Assembly (NCBI RefSeq): GCF_036365525.1
Contig: NC_090399.1
Coordinates: 8,493,558-8,557,557 of the forward strand
Length of the DNA stretch: 64,000 bases
DNA from: Heterodontus francisci
Taxonomy: Eukaryota
Direction: 5' to 3'
The position numbers were made by a program, and so were the translations under genes. The notes beneath the pieces were generated by a model. The model ran no database searches and was not told the origin of the DNA. It worked only from the letters and a program-made list of their open reading frames with translations. This document shows, in pieces, positions 1 to 12,020 of the stretch (position 1 is its first letter; each line of letters opens with the position of its first letter).

Positions 1-290
1 ATTTGATAAAGGTGTTTAAAATCATGTAGGATTTAGATCGAGAAAATAAAGAGAAACTGTTCCGTAAGCTGAAGGAATGATAATTAGTGGGAACAGATTT
101 AAGGTGATTGGCCAATGAACTGTAGAAAAAATAACAAAGAATGGTTACAGCACAGGAGGAGGCCATTCAGCCCATTGTGTCCATGCTGCCTCTCTATAAG
201 AGCAACTCAGTAGTGCTCCCAGGGGCCAGTACCAGGACCACTGCTTTTCTTGATATTTATTAATGACTTAGCCTTGGGTGTCCAGGGCAC
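1..290. mobile_element. Small degenerate CR1 LINE fragments
   Basis: 1-115 resembles the CR1 ORF2 C-terminus (VFKIM..FDR..KEKLF); 210-290 resembles the RT motif PQGSVLGPLLFLIFINDL; 140-195 resembles a reversed CR1 3' UTR. Confidence 0.6.
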
Positions 291-300
291 AAATTTTAAA

Positions 301-1155
301 CCTTAAATCTCAGAATAAAGCACACCAACCAAGTTTATTTAATAAACAACAAAATTATCAGATTATAAGCCAAGTTTTAACCAATAATGAAGTAAAATGT
401 ATCCATGAATTGAAATATTAAAGCCCATTATCTATCCCAGCCCACACATGCACGCACACACGCGCACAAAACCGGGTTGGGGGGGGGGGAAATTAAATAA
501 AAGGGATTTGTTACAAAGAAATAGAAGGAATGAAAAAAAACACTTCGGCTGAAAAGAAGGTATGGAAAGATGTCCTTTGTTTCAGTGAGGTGTATCAAAG
601 GTGACTAGGCAGCTGTCAATGGGATCTTCCTCGATCAGTTCTTTCCAGGCGAGGTTGATGATCAGTTTGGAGTCGGCTTTCCAAGAGATGCAGCTACAGA
701 AGCCCAACAGGTCTTACAGCAGGAAATGCAACAACAAGGCTTTAGCACCACACATTGATGCAAGAATTCTTCAAAGATGCAGAGATTCTTCAAATACAGG
801 AGGAAATTGGAATCTCTTGATGCAGGATTTCTTTTCAAGAGAAAGTGGTGAGCTGTCTTGTCCTGGCAGTTCAGGGAGCAAACTGCCTTTTTTAGCAGTT
901 CAAATTAAAACCAAAACTTTCCAGGAGCAAGTCTTATGACATCTATAAATCTTAGCCTGTCAATTCTCTGCAAACATCTCTTCAAGCCAAAACAGCCCCT
1001 GCTGGGTTCTTTGAAAACAGGTGCCTTGTAGTAACTGTTTACTCTGAGGTCAAACTCAGTCTCAAACCTTCGTTAAAAATAAACCCAAAGTTCATTTTCA
1101 TTTTATAAAAACACAAACTCTCAAAATTTAACAAAAAATGGAAACCCTCATAACA
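301..1155 (-). mobile_element. LTR-like element (Gypsy-type, partial)
   Basis: Ends in TCATAACA (1148-1155), the same terminus as the solo LTRs elsewhere in the window; non-coding. The other end and a TSD were not found. Confidence 0.4.
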
Positions 1156-1159
1156 AGAG

Positions 1160-2235
1160 CTAGGGAGGGGCAAGGATATGGAGGGATTTGAAAACAAGGA
1201 TAAGAATTTTAAAATTAAGATGTTGCTTGACTGGGAGACAATGTAGATCAGTGATCACAGGGGTGATGGGGAACAGGACTTGGTGTGAGTTAAGACACAG
1301 CAGCAGAGATTCAGATGACCTCAAATTTATGGAGAGTAGAATGTGGGAGACCAGCCAGGAGTGCATTGGAATAGTCAAGTTTAGAGGTAACAAAGGTATG
1401 AATAAGGGGTTCAGCAGCAGTTTAGCTGAGACAGGGACGAAGTCGGGCAATGTTACGGAGGTGGAAATAGGCAGTCTTAGTGATGGCACGAATAGGGATC
1501 GAAAGCTCATCTTAGAGTCAAATGTGGAATTAAGGTTGCAAACAGACTGGCTTAATCTCAGACTGTTACCAGGGAGAGGAATGAAGTCAGTCGCTGGGGA
1601 ACAGAGTTTGGAGCAGGAATCGAAAACAGTGGCTTCAGTCTTCCCAATAATCAATTGGAAGAAATTTCTGCTTATCCAATACTAGATGTTGGATAAGCAG
1701 TCTGATAATTTAGTTACAGTGGAGGAGTCGGGAGACGTGGTGGTGAAGCAGAGCTGAGTGTTGTCAGCGTACATGTGAAAACTAATGCCGTGCTTTCAGA
1801 TGATGTCGCCAAAGGGCAGAATGTAGATGAGAAATAGGAGGAGGTCAATGATAGATCCTTGGGGGACACCAGAGGTAACGGTGCAGGAGCAGGAAGAGAA
1901 TCCATTGCAAGTGATTCTCTGGCTATGATTAGATAGATAAGAATGGAACCATGTGAGAAAAGTCCCACCCAGCTGGACGACAGTGGAGAGGTGTTGGTGG
2001 AGGATGGTGTGTGTCAACCATGTCAAAGGTTGCAGACAGGTCGAGAAGGACAAGAGAAAAAGTTTACCTTTGTCACAGTCACATAGGATGTCATTTGTGA
2101 CTTTGATAAGAGCTGTTTTGGTACTGGGGCAGGGGCTGAAACCTGATTGGAACGATTCAAACATGGAATTCTTGAAAAGAAGGGAATGTATTTGGGAGGC
2201 GACAACATGTTCAAGGACTTTGGAGAGGAAAAGGA
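1160..2235 (-). mobile_element. L2 LINE, 3' part of ORF2, degenerate
   Basis: Broken minus-strand ORFs with FESFQSGF..STKTALIKVTND, VTSGVPQGS, and ITPVITDLHCLPVKQHLNFKILILVFKSLH (L2 RT C-terminus). Confidence 0.85.
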
Positions 2236-2239
2236 ATGA

Positions 2240-2358
2240 TGGTCAACTGGAGTATTGTGTCCAGTTTTGGCCACCACACTATAGGAAGAATATGAAGGTA
2301 CTGGAGAGGGTGCGGTAAAGATTTATCAGAATAGTTCCAGGGCTGAGGCACTTCACTG
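2240..2358 (+). mobile_element. CR1 ORF2 fragment
   Basis: QLEYCVQFWPPHYRK..LERV motif. Confidence 0.75.
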
Positions 2359-2682
2359 TGAAAATTGTGATTCTCTGTTTACTGATCAGGAGCTTGTATC
2401 TCGTAGTGAATTGTTGTATTTTGCTTTCTCAAGTTATTCACCAGACCATGAATCATTATACTTCATGGAACAGACCATCATCAACTTTGAAATCCAAAAT
2501 AAAATTTGTCTTTTTTTCAAAAATTATTCTTCAGCCCTCGAAAGTCATAGGTGTGTATAGGACTGGAAAAATGACACCCAATCTAGCTAGCCCAAAATTT
2601 TGAAAAAATAAAATCTTCCACTAAATCGTTTCCACTGCAAAAAAAAATCCAACTATCTCCAGAGGAATTTCAGTTCACAAGG

Positions 2683-4612
2683 TGGAGCTGAGGATGTGAG
2701 GCAGGGGGTGGGGTGCGGGAGCAGGAGCTGAGGACATGAGGCAGCAGCGAGGGCAGGGGCAGGAGCGGAGGACGTGAGGCAGGGGCGAGGGCGGGGGCAG
2801 GAGCTGAGGACATTAGGTGCAGCTGGGGAGGGGCTGAGGAAATTAGGTGGGGTGGGGGAGGAGTGGGGACATTAGGTGGGGTTGGAGAGGAGCGGAGGAC
2901 ATTAGGCGGGGTGGGGGAAGAGCTGAGGACATTAGGCGGGGTTGGGGAGGGGCTGAGGATATTAGGTGGGGTTTGGGAGGAGCTGACGACATTAGGTGGG
3001 GTGGGGAAGGAGCTGAGGACATTAGGTGGGGTGGGGATGAGCTGAGGACATTAGGTGGGGTTGGAGAGGAGCTGAGGACATTAGGCGGGGTGGGGGAGGT
3101 GCTGAGGACATTAGGCGGGGTTGGGGAGGAGCTGAGGACATTAGGTGGGGTTGGGGAGGAGCTGAGGACATTAGGTGTGGTGGAGAGGAGCTGAGGACAT
3201 TAGGTGGGGTTGGGGAGGAGCTGAGGACATTAGGTAGGGTTGGAGAGGAGCTGAGGACATTAGGTGGGGTGGGGTAGGAGCTGAGGACATTAGTTGAGGT
3301 TGGAGAGGAGCTGAGGACATTAGGTAGGGTGGGGGAGGGGCTGAGGACATTAGGTGGGGTTGGAGAGGAGCTGAGGACATTAGGTAGGGTTGGGGAGGGG
3401 CTGAGGACATTAGGTGGGGTGGGGTAGGGGCTGAGGACATTAGGTGAGGTTGGAGAGGAGCTGTGGACATTAGGTGGGGTGGGGGAGGAGCTGCGGACAT
3501 TAGGCGGGGTTGGGGAGGAGCTGAGGACATTAGGTGGGGTTGGGGAGGAGCTGAGGACATTAGATGGGGTTGGGGAGGAGCTGAGGACATTAGGTGGGGT
3601 TGGGGAGGAGCTGAGGACATTAGGTGGGGTTGGGGAGGAGCTGAGGACATTAGGTGGGGTTGGGGAGGAGCTGAGGACATTAGGTGGGGTTGGGGAGGTG
3701 CTGAGGATATTAGGTGGGGCGGGGGAGGACTGAGGACACTAGGTGGGGTTGGGGAGGAGCTGAGGACATTAGGTGGGGTTGGGGAGGAGCTGAGGACACT
3801 AGGCAGGGTTGGGGAAGTGCTGAGGATATTAGGTGGGGTTAGGGAGGTGCTGAGGACATCAGGTGGGGTTGGGGAGGTGCTGAGGACATTAGGTGGGGTT
3901 GGGGAGGAGCTGAGGACATTAGGTGGGGTTGGGGAGGTGCTGAGCACATTCGGTGGGGATGGGGAGGTGCTGTGGACATTAGGTGGGGTTGGGGAGGTGC
4001 TGTGGACATTAGGTGGGGTTGGGGAGGAGCTAAGGACAGTAGGTGGGGTTGCGGAGGTGCTGAGGACATTAGGTGGGGTTGGGGAGGAGCTGAGGACATT
4101 AGGTGGGGTTGGAGAGGTGCTGAGGACATTAGGTGGGGTTGGGGAGGAGCTGAGGACATTAGGTGGGGTTGGGGAGGAGCTGAGGACATTAGGTGGGGTT
4201 GGGGAGGAGCTGAGGACATTAGGTGGGGTTGAGGAGGTGCTGAGGACATTAGGTGGGGTCAGGGAGGTGCTGAGGACATTAGGTGGGGTTGGGGAGGAGC
4301 TGAGGACATTAGGTGGGGTTGGGGATGAGCTGAGGACAGTAGGTGGGGTTGCGGAGGTTCTGAGGACATTAGGTGGGGTTGGGGAGGAGCTGAGGACATT
4401 AGGTGGGGTTGGGGAGGTGCTGAGGACATTAGGTGGGGTTGGGGAGGTGCTGAGGACATTAGGTGGGGTTGGGGAGGAGCTGAGGACATTAGGTGGGGTT
4501 GGGGAGGAGCTGAGGACATTAGGTGGGGTTGGGGAGGAGCTGAGGACTTTAGGTGGGGTTGGGGAGGTGCTGAGGATATTAGGTGGGGCGGGGGAGGACT
4601 GAGGACACTAGG
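2683..4612. repeat. G-rich 30-bp minisatellite, about 60 units (GAGGACATTAGGTGGGGTTGGGGAGGAGCT)
   Basis: Tandem units read directly; degenerate longer units at 2683-2830. Confidence 0.97.
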
Positions 4613-4619
4613 CAGCGAA

Positions 4620-6139
4620 CGAAGTGGCTGATGAGGTAGCAGATGCGTTGCTGTTAATTTTTCAAAATTTGCTAGATTCTGGAAAGGTTCCATCAGACTG
4701 GAAAGTAGCAAATAAAACCCCTTTATTCAAGAGGTGGGGAGGCAGAAACCAGGTAACTATAGGCCAGTTAGCTTGACGTCTGTCATAGGGAAGGTGTTAG
4801 AATTGATCATTAAGGAGGCTATAGCCTCAAGGTAATCGGGAATAGTTGTGAATAACCAGGAATGGTTTTGTGAAAGGGAAATCATGTTTAACCATATTAT
4901 TGGTGTTCTTTGAAGGAGTAACATGTATTGTAAATAAAGGGGAACCCATTGACATATAGCACTTGGATTTCCAGAAGACATTTGACAAGGTTCCACATGA
5001 AAGGTTATCAAGCAAAGTATGAGCTCATGGTGTCGGGGGTAACGTATTAGCATGGATAGAAGATTGGCTGGCTGGCAGAAAACAGAGAGTCTGCGTAATT
5101 AGGTCCTTTTCTGATTGGCAGGATGGTAGGATGTGAGGAGTTGAGTCCTGTAGGGGTCTGTGCTGGGACTCAACTTTTTATAATTTGTATCAATGACTTA
5201 GATGAGGGGAGCGATGGCATGGTAACTAAACTTGCAGACGACACAAAGATAGGTAGGAAAGTATGTTCTGAATAGGACATAAGGAGGTTGCAAACAGATA
5301 TAGATAGGTTGAGTGAGTGGGCAAAAATCTGGCAGATGGAGTATAATGTGGGAAAAGGTGAAATTTTTCACTTTGGCAGGTAGAATGAAAAGCAGAGTAT
5401 TACTTAAATGGAGAATGACTACAGAATTCCGAGGTGCAGAGGGATCTAGGTGTTCTAGTGCATGAGTCACAAAAAAAATCAGTATGCAGGTACAGCAAGT
5501 AATAAAGAAGGCTAATGGAATGTGATCCTTTATTACAAGAGGAATTGAAAATAAAAATAAGGATGTTATGTTTCAGTTATACAGGGCATTGGTCAGAGCA
5601 CATCTCGAATACTGTGTGCAGTTTTGGTCTTCTTATTTGAAGAAGGATGTAAATGCATTCGAGGCAGTTCAGAGGAGGTTTACCTGGACTGAGCCGGTTG
5701 TCTTATGAGGACAGACTGGGTTTGTTTTCACTGGAGTTTACAAGAGTGAGGGGAGATTGGATTGAAGTTGAGAAGATCCTGAACAGTCTTGACAAAGTGG
5801 ATGTGGAAAGGATGTTTCCTCTTGTGGGTGAGTCCAGAACTAGTGGGCACTGTTTTAAAATTAGGGGTCGCCCTTTTCGGACAGAGATGAGGAGAAATTT
5901 TTCTCTGAGGGTTTTACGACATTTAACTCTCTGCCTCAGAAGGTGGTGGAGGCAGTTCATTGAATATTTTAAGGTGGCGGTCGATAGATTCTTGTTAGGC
6001 AAGGGAGTCAAAGGTTATTGGGGTAGATGGGAGTGTGGAATTCGAGACATAAACAGATTAGCCATGATATTATTGAATGGTGAGCAGGCTAAAGGGGCCA
6101 AATGGCCTACATCTGCTCCAAATTCGTATATTCGTATGT
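4620..6139 (+). mobile_element. 5'-truncated CR1 LINE inserted in the minisatellite
   Basis: Degenerate RT (NYRPVSLTS, HLEYCVQFWS) plus CR1 3' UTR ending ...TTCGTATATTCGTATGT. Confidence 0.9.
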
Positions 6140-6607
6140 CAGGTGGGGTGGGGGAGGAGACGAGGCGGGGGGAGTGGGGGAAGAGCCGAGGACACGAGGC
6201 GGGGGTTGGGGGAAGAGCCGAGGACACAAGGCTGAGGTGGGGAAGAGCTGAGGACATGAGGCGGAGGGGGTGGGGAAGAGCAGAGGACATGAGGCGGAAG
6301 TGGGGAAAAGCCGAGGACATGAGGCGGAGGTGGGGAAGAGCCGAGGACACGAGGCGGAAGTGGGGAAGAGCTGAGGCGGAGGTGGGGAAGAGCTGAGGAC
6401 ATGATACAGAGGTGGGGACGAGCCAAGGACATGAGGCGGAGATGAGGACGAGCCGAGGACATGAGGTGGAGGTGGGGACGAGCCGAGGACATGAGGCGGA
6501 GGTGGGGTCGAGCTAAGGCTATTAGACAGGGGTGGGAAGGTGTTGAGGATTTTCGGTGAAGGTGGGGAGGAGCTCAGGACATTGTTGGAGGGGGTGGGGG
6601 AGGAGCT
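6140..6607. repeat. 30-bp minisatellite, variant sub-array (GAGGACATGAGGCGGAGGTGGGGAAGAGCC)
   Basis: Tandem units homologous to the 2683-4612 array. Confidence 0.9.
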
Positions 6608-8160
6608 CCTTTATTCAAAAAGGGTGGGAGACAGAAAGCAGGAAACTACAGGCTAGTTAGCTTAACATCTGTCATAGGGAAAATGTTAGAAGCTATTATG
6701 AAAGACGTTATAGCAGGGCATTTCGGAAAATTCAAGGCAATCAGGCAGAGTCAGCATGGTTTTGTAAAAGGGAAATCACATTTAACAAATTTATTGGAGT
6801 TCTTTGAAGAAGTAACATGTGCTGTGGATCAAGGGGAACCAGTGGAAGTACTGCATATAGATTTCCAGAAGACATTTGATAAGATGCCACAACAAAGGTT
6901 ATTACGGAAAATAAAAGCTCATGGCGTTGGGGGTAACATCTTGGCATGGATAGAAGATTGACTAGCTAACAGGAAACAGATAATAGGCATAAATGGGTCA
7001 TTTTCTGGTTGGTAAGATGTAATGAGTGGATTGCCACAGGGTTCAGTGCTAGGGCCTCAACGTTTTACAATTTATATATATGACTTGGATGAAGGGACCG
7101 AAGTTATGGTTGTTAAATTTGCTGATGATACAAAGACAGGTGGGAAAGTAAGTTGTGAAGACATAAGGAGGTTACAAAGGAATGTAGATAGATTAAGTGA
7201 GTGGACAAAGATCTGGCAAATGGAGTATAATGTGGAAAAATATGAAATTGTCCATTTTGGCAGGAAGAATAAAAAAGAAGCATATTATCTAAATGGTGAG
7301 AGATTGAGAGCTCTGAGATGCAGAGGGATCTGGATGTTCTAGTGCATGAACTGCAAAAGGTTAGTATGCAGTTACATCAAGTACTTCGGAAAGCTAATTA
7401 AAGGGATCAAAAGGAATGGGGCGAAAGCCGGAACAGGCGACTGAGTTGGATGGTCAGCCATGATCATAACAACTGGCGGTGCAGGCTCAAACGGCCAAGT
7501 GGCCTATTCCTGCTCCTATTTTCTATGTTTCTATGTTTCTAATAGAATGTTATTGTTTGTTGCGAGGGGAATTGAATACAAAAATAGGGAGGTTATGCTT
7601 CAGTTATACAGAGCATTGACGAGACCACATCTGGAATACTGTGTACAGTACTGGTCTCCATATTTAAGGAGGGATGTAAATGCATTGGAAGCAGTTCAGA
7701 GAAGGTTTACTAGACTAACACCTGGAATGGGTACGTTGCCTTATAAGGAAAGGTTGTACAGGCTCGGCTTGTATCCGCTGGAGTTTAGAAGAGTAAAAGG
7801 TGATTTGACCGAAACATAAAAGATCCTGAGGAGTCTCGACAGGGTGGATGTGGAAAGGATGTTTCCTCTTGTAGGAGAATCTATAATTAGGGATCACTAA
7901 TTAAAACAGAGATGAGAAGAAAACTTTTCTCTCAGAGGGTCGTGAGTCTTTGGAACTCTCTTCGTCAAAAGGCGGTGGAAGCAGAGCTTTGAATATTTTG
8001 AAGGCAGAGATAGATATATTCTTGATAAGCAAGGGGGTGAAAGGTTATCGGGAGTAGGCGGGAATGTGGAGTTGAGTTAAAATCAGCTCAGCCATGATCT
8101 TGTTGAGTGGCAGAGCAGGCTCGAGGGGCCGAGTTACCTACTCCTGCTCCTAATTCATAT
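6608..8160 (+). mobile_element. 5'-truncated CR1 LINE containing a nested CR1 3'-end fragment (7399-7538)
   Basis: RT motifs QHGFVKGKS, KFADDTK, PHLEYCVQYWSP. The nested piece ends in (TTTCTATG)n and is flanked by CTAAT (7394-7398 / 7539-7543). Confidence 0.9.
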
Positions 8161-8429
8161 GAGAGAGAAAACAGGGAACTACAGGCCAGTTAGTCTGACA
8201 TCGGTTGTTGGGAAAATGATGGAAACTATTATTCAGGTAGTCTTAACAATGTACTTAGAAAAGCACAGTATGATTAGAACAAGTCAACATGGTTTTACGG
8301 AAGGGAAATCCATGACAAATTTTACTCCAGTTCTTTGAGGATATAACTAGCAGTGTGGATAAAGGGGAACCAGTAGATGTCGTATACCTGGATTTCCAAA
8401 CTCATTCAATAAGGTGCCACAATTCTACT

Positions 8430-8935
8430 ATTAGAATACTCTCCACTTGCCTGGATACGTGCAGCTCCAACAACACTCAAGAAGCTCATCATCCAGAACA
8501 AAGCAGCCCGCTTGTTTGGCACCCCATCTACAAATATTCACTCCCTCCACCACTGATGCACAGTGGCAGCAGTGTGTACCATCTACAAGATGCACTGCAG
8601 CAAAGTACCAAGACTCTTTAGACAGCATCTTCCAAACCTGCAACCTCTACCAACTGGAAGGACAAGGGCAGCAAATGCATGGGAACACCACCATCTGCAA
8701 GTTCCCCTCCAAGTCACACACCATCCTGACTTGGAACTAGATCGCCGTTCCTTCACTGTCGCTGGGTCAAAATCCTGGATCTCCCTTCCTAACAGCACTG
8801 TGGGTGGACCTACCCCATATGGGCTGCAGCGGTTCAAGAAGGCAGCTCACCGCCACCTTCTCAAGGGTAATTAAGGATGGGCAATAAATGCTGGCCTAGC
8901 CAGCGACGCCCACACCCCATGAAAGAATAAAGAGA
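8430..8935 (+). mobile_element. 3' end of a distinct CR1/L2-group non-LTR element
   Basis: EYSPLAW..AAPTTLKKL..IQNKAARL..HSLHH..VAAVCTIYKMHC C-terminal motif; tail GGGCAATAAATGCTGGCCTAGCCAGCGACGCCC. Confidence 0.7.
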
Positions 8936-9068
8936 AACAGAAAAGGCAAGATAGGGTTCATGGAGTTGGGGGTTATTTATTAGCACAGATAGAGGATTGG
9001 TGTAATAAAAACAAGAAATGCTGGAATCCCTCAGCAGGTCTGGCAGCATCTGTGGAAAGAGAAGCAGA

Positions 9069-9106
9069 GTTAACGTTTAGGGTCAGTGACCCTTCTTCGG
9101 AGCTGA
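9069..9106 (-). ncRNA. Minimal hammerhead-ribozyme-like motif (core mutated)
   Basis: Minus strand reads CAGCT-CCGAAGA-A-GGGTC-ACT-GACCC-TAAAC-GTTAAC. This is the CUGANGA...GAAAC core with two substitutions, an intact stem II and a palindromic AACGTT stem III, at the PLE terminus. Confidence 0.6.
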
Positions 9107-9459
9107 CAAATATTAGAAAAGTCACAGATAATAAGCAAGTGAGGTGGGGGTGGGGCAAGAGATAACAAAGGAGAAGGTGTAGATTGGACCAGGCCACATA
9201 GCTGACCAAAAGGTCACGGAGCAAAGGCAAACAATACGTTAATGGTGTGTTGAAAGACAAAGCATTAGTACAGATTAGGTGTAAATACACTGAATATTGA
9301 ACAGCAGCAAGTGCAAACCTGAAAAAAAACAGTGGGTAAGCAAACTGAACAAACTAAGATGAAATGAAATAAATGCAAAAAAAATTGTAAAAAATGTAAA
9401 AAAGAATGTAAAAAAAAGGAAGAAAAAATAGCTAAAAATGAAAGTAAAATGGGGGGCTG

Positions 9460-11732
9460 TCATGCTCTGAAATTATTGAACTCAATGTTCAGTCCGGCAG
9501 GATGTAGTGTGCCTAATCGGTAGATGAGATGCTGTTCCTCGAGCTTGCGTTGATGTTCACTGGAACACTGCAGCAATCCCAGGACAGAGATGTGAGCATG
9601 AGAGCAGGGGGGAGTGTTGAAATGGCAAGCAACCGGAAGCTCAGGGTCCTGCTTGCGAACTGAGCGGAGATGTTCCGCAAAGCGGACACCCAGTCTGCGC
9701 TTGGTCTCCCCAATGTAGAGGAGACCACACTGTGAGCAGCGAATACAGTATACTACATTGAAAGAAGTACAAGTCAATCGCTGTTTCACCTGAAAGGAGT
9801 GTTTGGGGCCTGGGATAGTGAGGAGAGAGGAGGTAAATGGGCAGGTATTATACTTCCTGCGATTGCAGGGGAAGGTGCCCTGGGACGGGGACGAGGTGGT
9901 GGGGGTAATGGAGGAGTGGACCAGGGTGTCGCGGAGGGAACGATCCCTTCGGAATGCTGACAGGGGAAGGAAGGGGAAGATGCGACTGGTAGTGGCATCA
10001 CGCTGGAGGTGGCAAAAATGGCGGAGGATGATCCTTTGGATATGGAGGCTGGTGGGATGAAAAGTGAGGACAAGGGGAACCCTGTCACGGTTCTGGGAGG
10101 GAGGGAAAGGGGTGAGGGTAGAGGTGCGGGGAATGGGTCGGACACGGTTGAGGGCCCTGTCAACCACAGTGGGGGAAATCCTCGGTTGAGGAAAAAGGAG
10201 GTCATATCAGAAGCACTGTCATGGAAGGTAGCATCATCAGAGCAGATGCGTCGGAGACGGAGAAACTGGGAGAATGGAATGGAGTCCTTACAGGAGGCAG
10301 GGTGTGAAGAAGTGTAGTCGAGGTAGCTGTGGGAGTCGGTGGGCTCATAATGGATATTGGTAGACAACCTATCCCCAGAGATGGAGACAGAGAAGTCGAG
10401 GAAGGGAAGGGAAGTGTCAGAGATGGACCATGTAAAGGTGAGAGAAGGGTGGAAATTGGAAGCGAAGTTGATAAAGTTTTCTAGTTCGGGGCGGGAGCAG
10501 GAAACGGCACCGATACAGTCATCAATGTACCGGAAAAAGAGTTGGGGGAGGGGGCCTGAGTAGGACTGGAACAAAGAATGCTCGATATATCCCACAAAAA
10601 GACAGGCATAACTGGGACCCATGCGGGTACCCAAAGCGACACCTTTTATTTGAAGGAAGTGCGTGGAGTTGAAGGAGAAGTTGTTCAATGTGAGAACAAG
10701 TTTAGCCAGGCGGAGGAGGGTGGTGGTGGATGGGGACTGGTTGGGCCTCTGTTCCAGGAAGAAGCGGAGAGCCCTCAAACCATCCTGGTGGGGGATGGAG
10801 GTGTAGAGCGATTGGACGTCCATAGTGAAGAGGAGGCGGTTGGGACCAGGAAGCTGGAAATTGTCAAAATGACGTATGGCGTCAGAAGAGTCACGGATGT
10901 AGGTGGGAAGAGACTGGACCAGCGGGGAATAGATAGAGTCTAGATAGGAAGAAATAAGTTCAGTGGGGCAGGAGCAGGCTGACACAATGGGTCTGCCGGG
11001 ACAGTCCCGTTTGTGGATTTTGGGAAGGAGGTAGAAGCGGGCTGTCCGGGGTTGTGAGACTATGAGGTTGGAAGCTGTAGAGGGAAGATCTCCAGAGGAG
11101 ATGAGGTCAGTGACAGTCCTTTGGACGGTGGCTTGATGTTCGGTGGTGGGCTCATGGTCCAGAGGGAGGTAGGAAGAGGTGTCTGTGAGTTGGCGTTGAG
11201 CTTCTGCAAGGTAGAGGTCGGTACGCCATACAACAACAGCACCACCCTTGTCTGCAGGTTTGATGACCATGTCGGGGTTAGACCTGAGAGAACGGAGTGC
11301 CTCAAGTTCAGAGGGGGACAGGTTAGAGTGAGTGAGGGGGGCAGAGAAATTGAGACGACCAATGTCTCGCCGACAGTTTTCAATGAAGAGATCAAGAGCG
11401 GGTAAGAGGCCAGGGGGAGGGGTCCAGGTAGAGGGAGAATGCTGGAGGCGGGTGAATGGGTCTGCTGGTCGGGGGGAGGACTCCTGGTCGAAGAAGTGAG
11501 CCCGGAGGCGGAGGCGACGGAAGAAGAGCTCAACGTCATGCCGAGCGCGAAATTCATTGAGGTGGGGGCATAAGGGGATAAAACTGAGACCTTTGCTGAG
11601 TACAGAACGCTCAGCATCAGAGAGGGGGAGGTCAGAGGGGATAGTGAATACACGGCAAGGGGTCAGATCAGAAGGGGTGGGGTCAGAGGGAAGTGAAGCG
11701 GAAGGAGGATCTGGAGGGACATTAATCCCCAT
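9460..11732 (-). pseudogene. Penelope polyprotein (RT-GIY-YIG) with one frameshift near 10170
   Basis: ORF 9786-11732 (RT) and overlapping ORF 9460-10167 (linker plus GIY-YIG) join by a single shift at the G-run near 10170-10175. Confidence 0.9.
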
Positions 11733-12020
11733 CAGCTGCTGGAGCTTGCGTTCCTTAACACCTGAAAGGAAGAAAAAAAGTTTTTTGTTAATGCGTCGGA
11801 TGACACATAAGATGAGATGAAACTGCGGAGTAGAACAGCTTTGAGATAAGGTGATTATCTCAAAGGATCAGAGGATTGGTGAACGGATGGGAAGTAAAGA
11901 GTAGGAATAAATGAATAAACTTGTGGAGTGTCACAAGGATCACTGCTGGGACTTCAGCTGTTTACAATCTATATTAACGGCTTAGATGAAGAGACAGAAA
12001 GTAATTTATCTAAATTTTCT

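Larger units (their letters stand above)
9003..11869 (-). mobile_element. Penelope-like retroelement (RT + GIY-YIG), 5'-truncated
   Basis: 12-bp TSD AGAGGATTGGTG at 8991-9002 and 11870-11881. PLE RT motifs IKPADKGG, YLLPKIHK, GRPIVS, DVQSLYTSIP, RYIDD; C-terminal VVYCIRC..C..LYIGET endonuclease. Confidence 0.95.
8161..12020 (+). mobile_element. Old CR1 fragment interrupted by two later insertions (8430-8935 and 9003-11869)
   Basis: CR1 RT pieces at 8161-8420, 8940-9002 and 11870-12020 are collinear (GEPVDVVYLDFQ ... IEDW ... GVSQGSLLG). Confidence 0.75.

Noticed and set aside
2847-4711. Long repetitive ORFs (LRTLGGVGEE, MSSAPPQPHL)
   Set aside because: Artefacts of a 30-bp stop-free repeat that is open in several frames on both strands; no gene structure.
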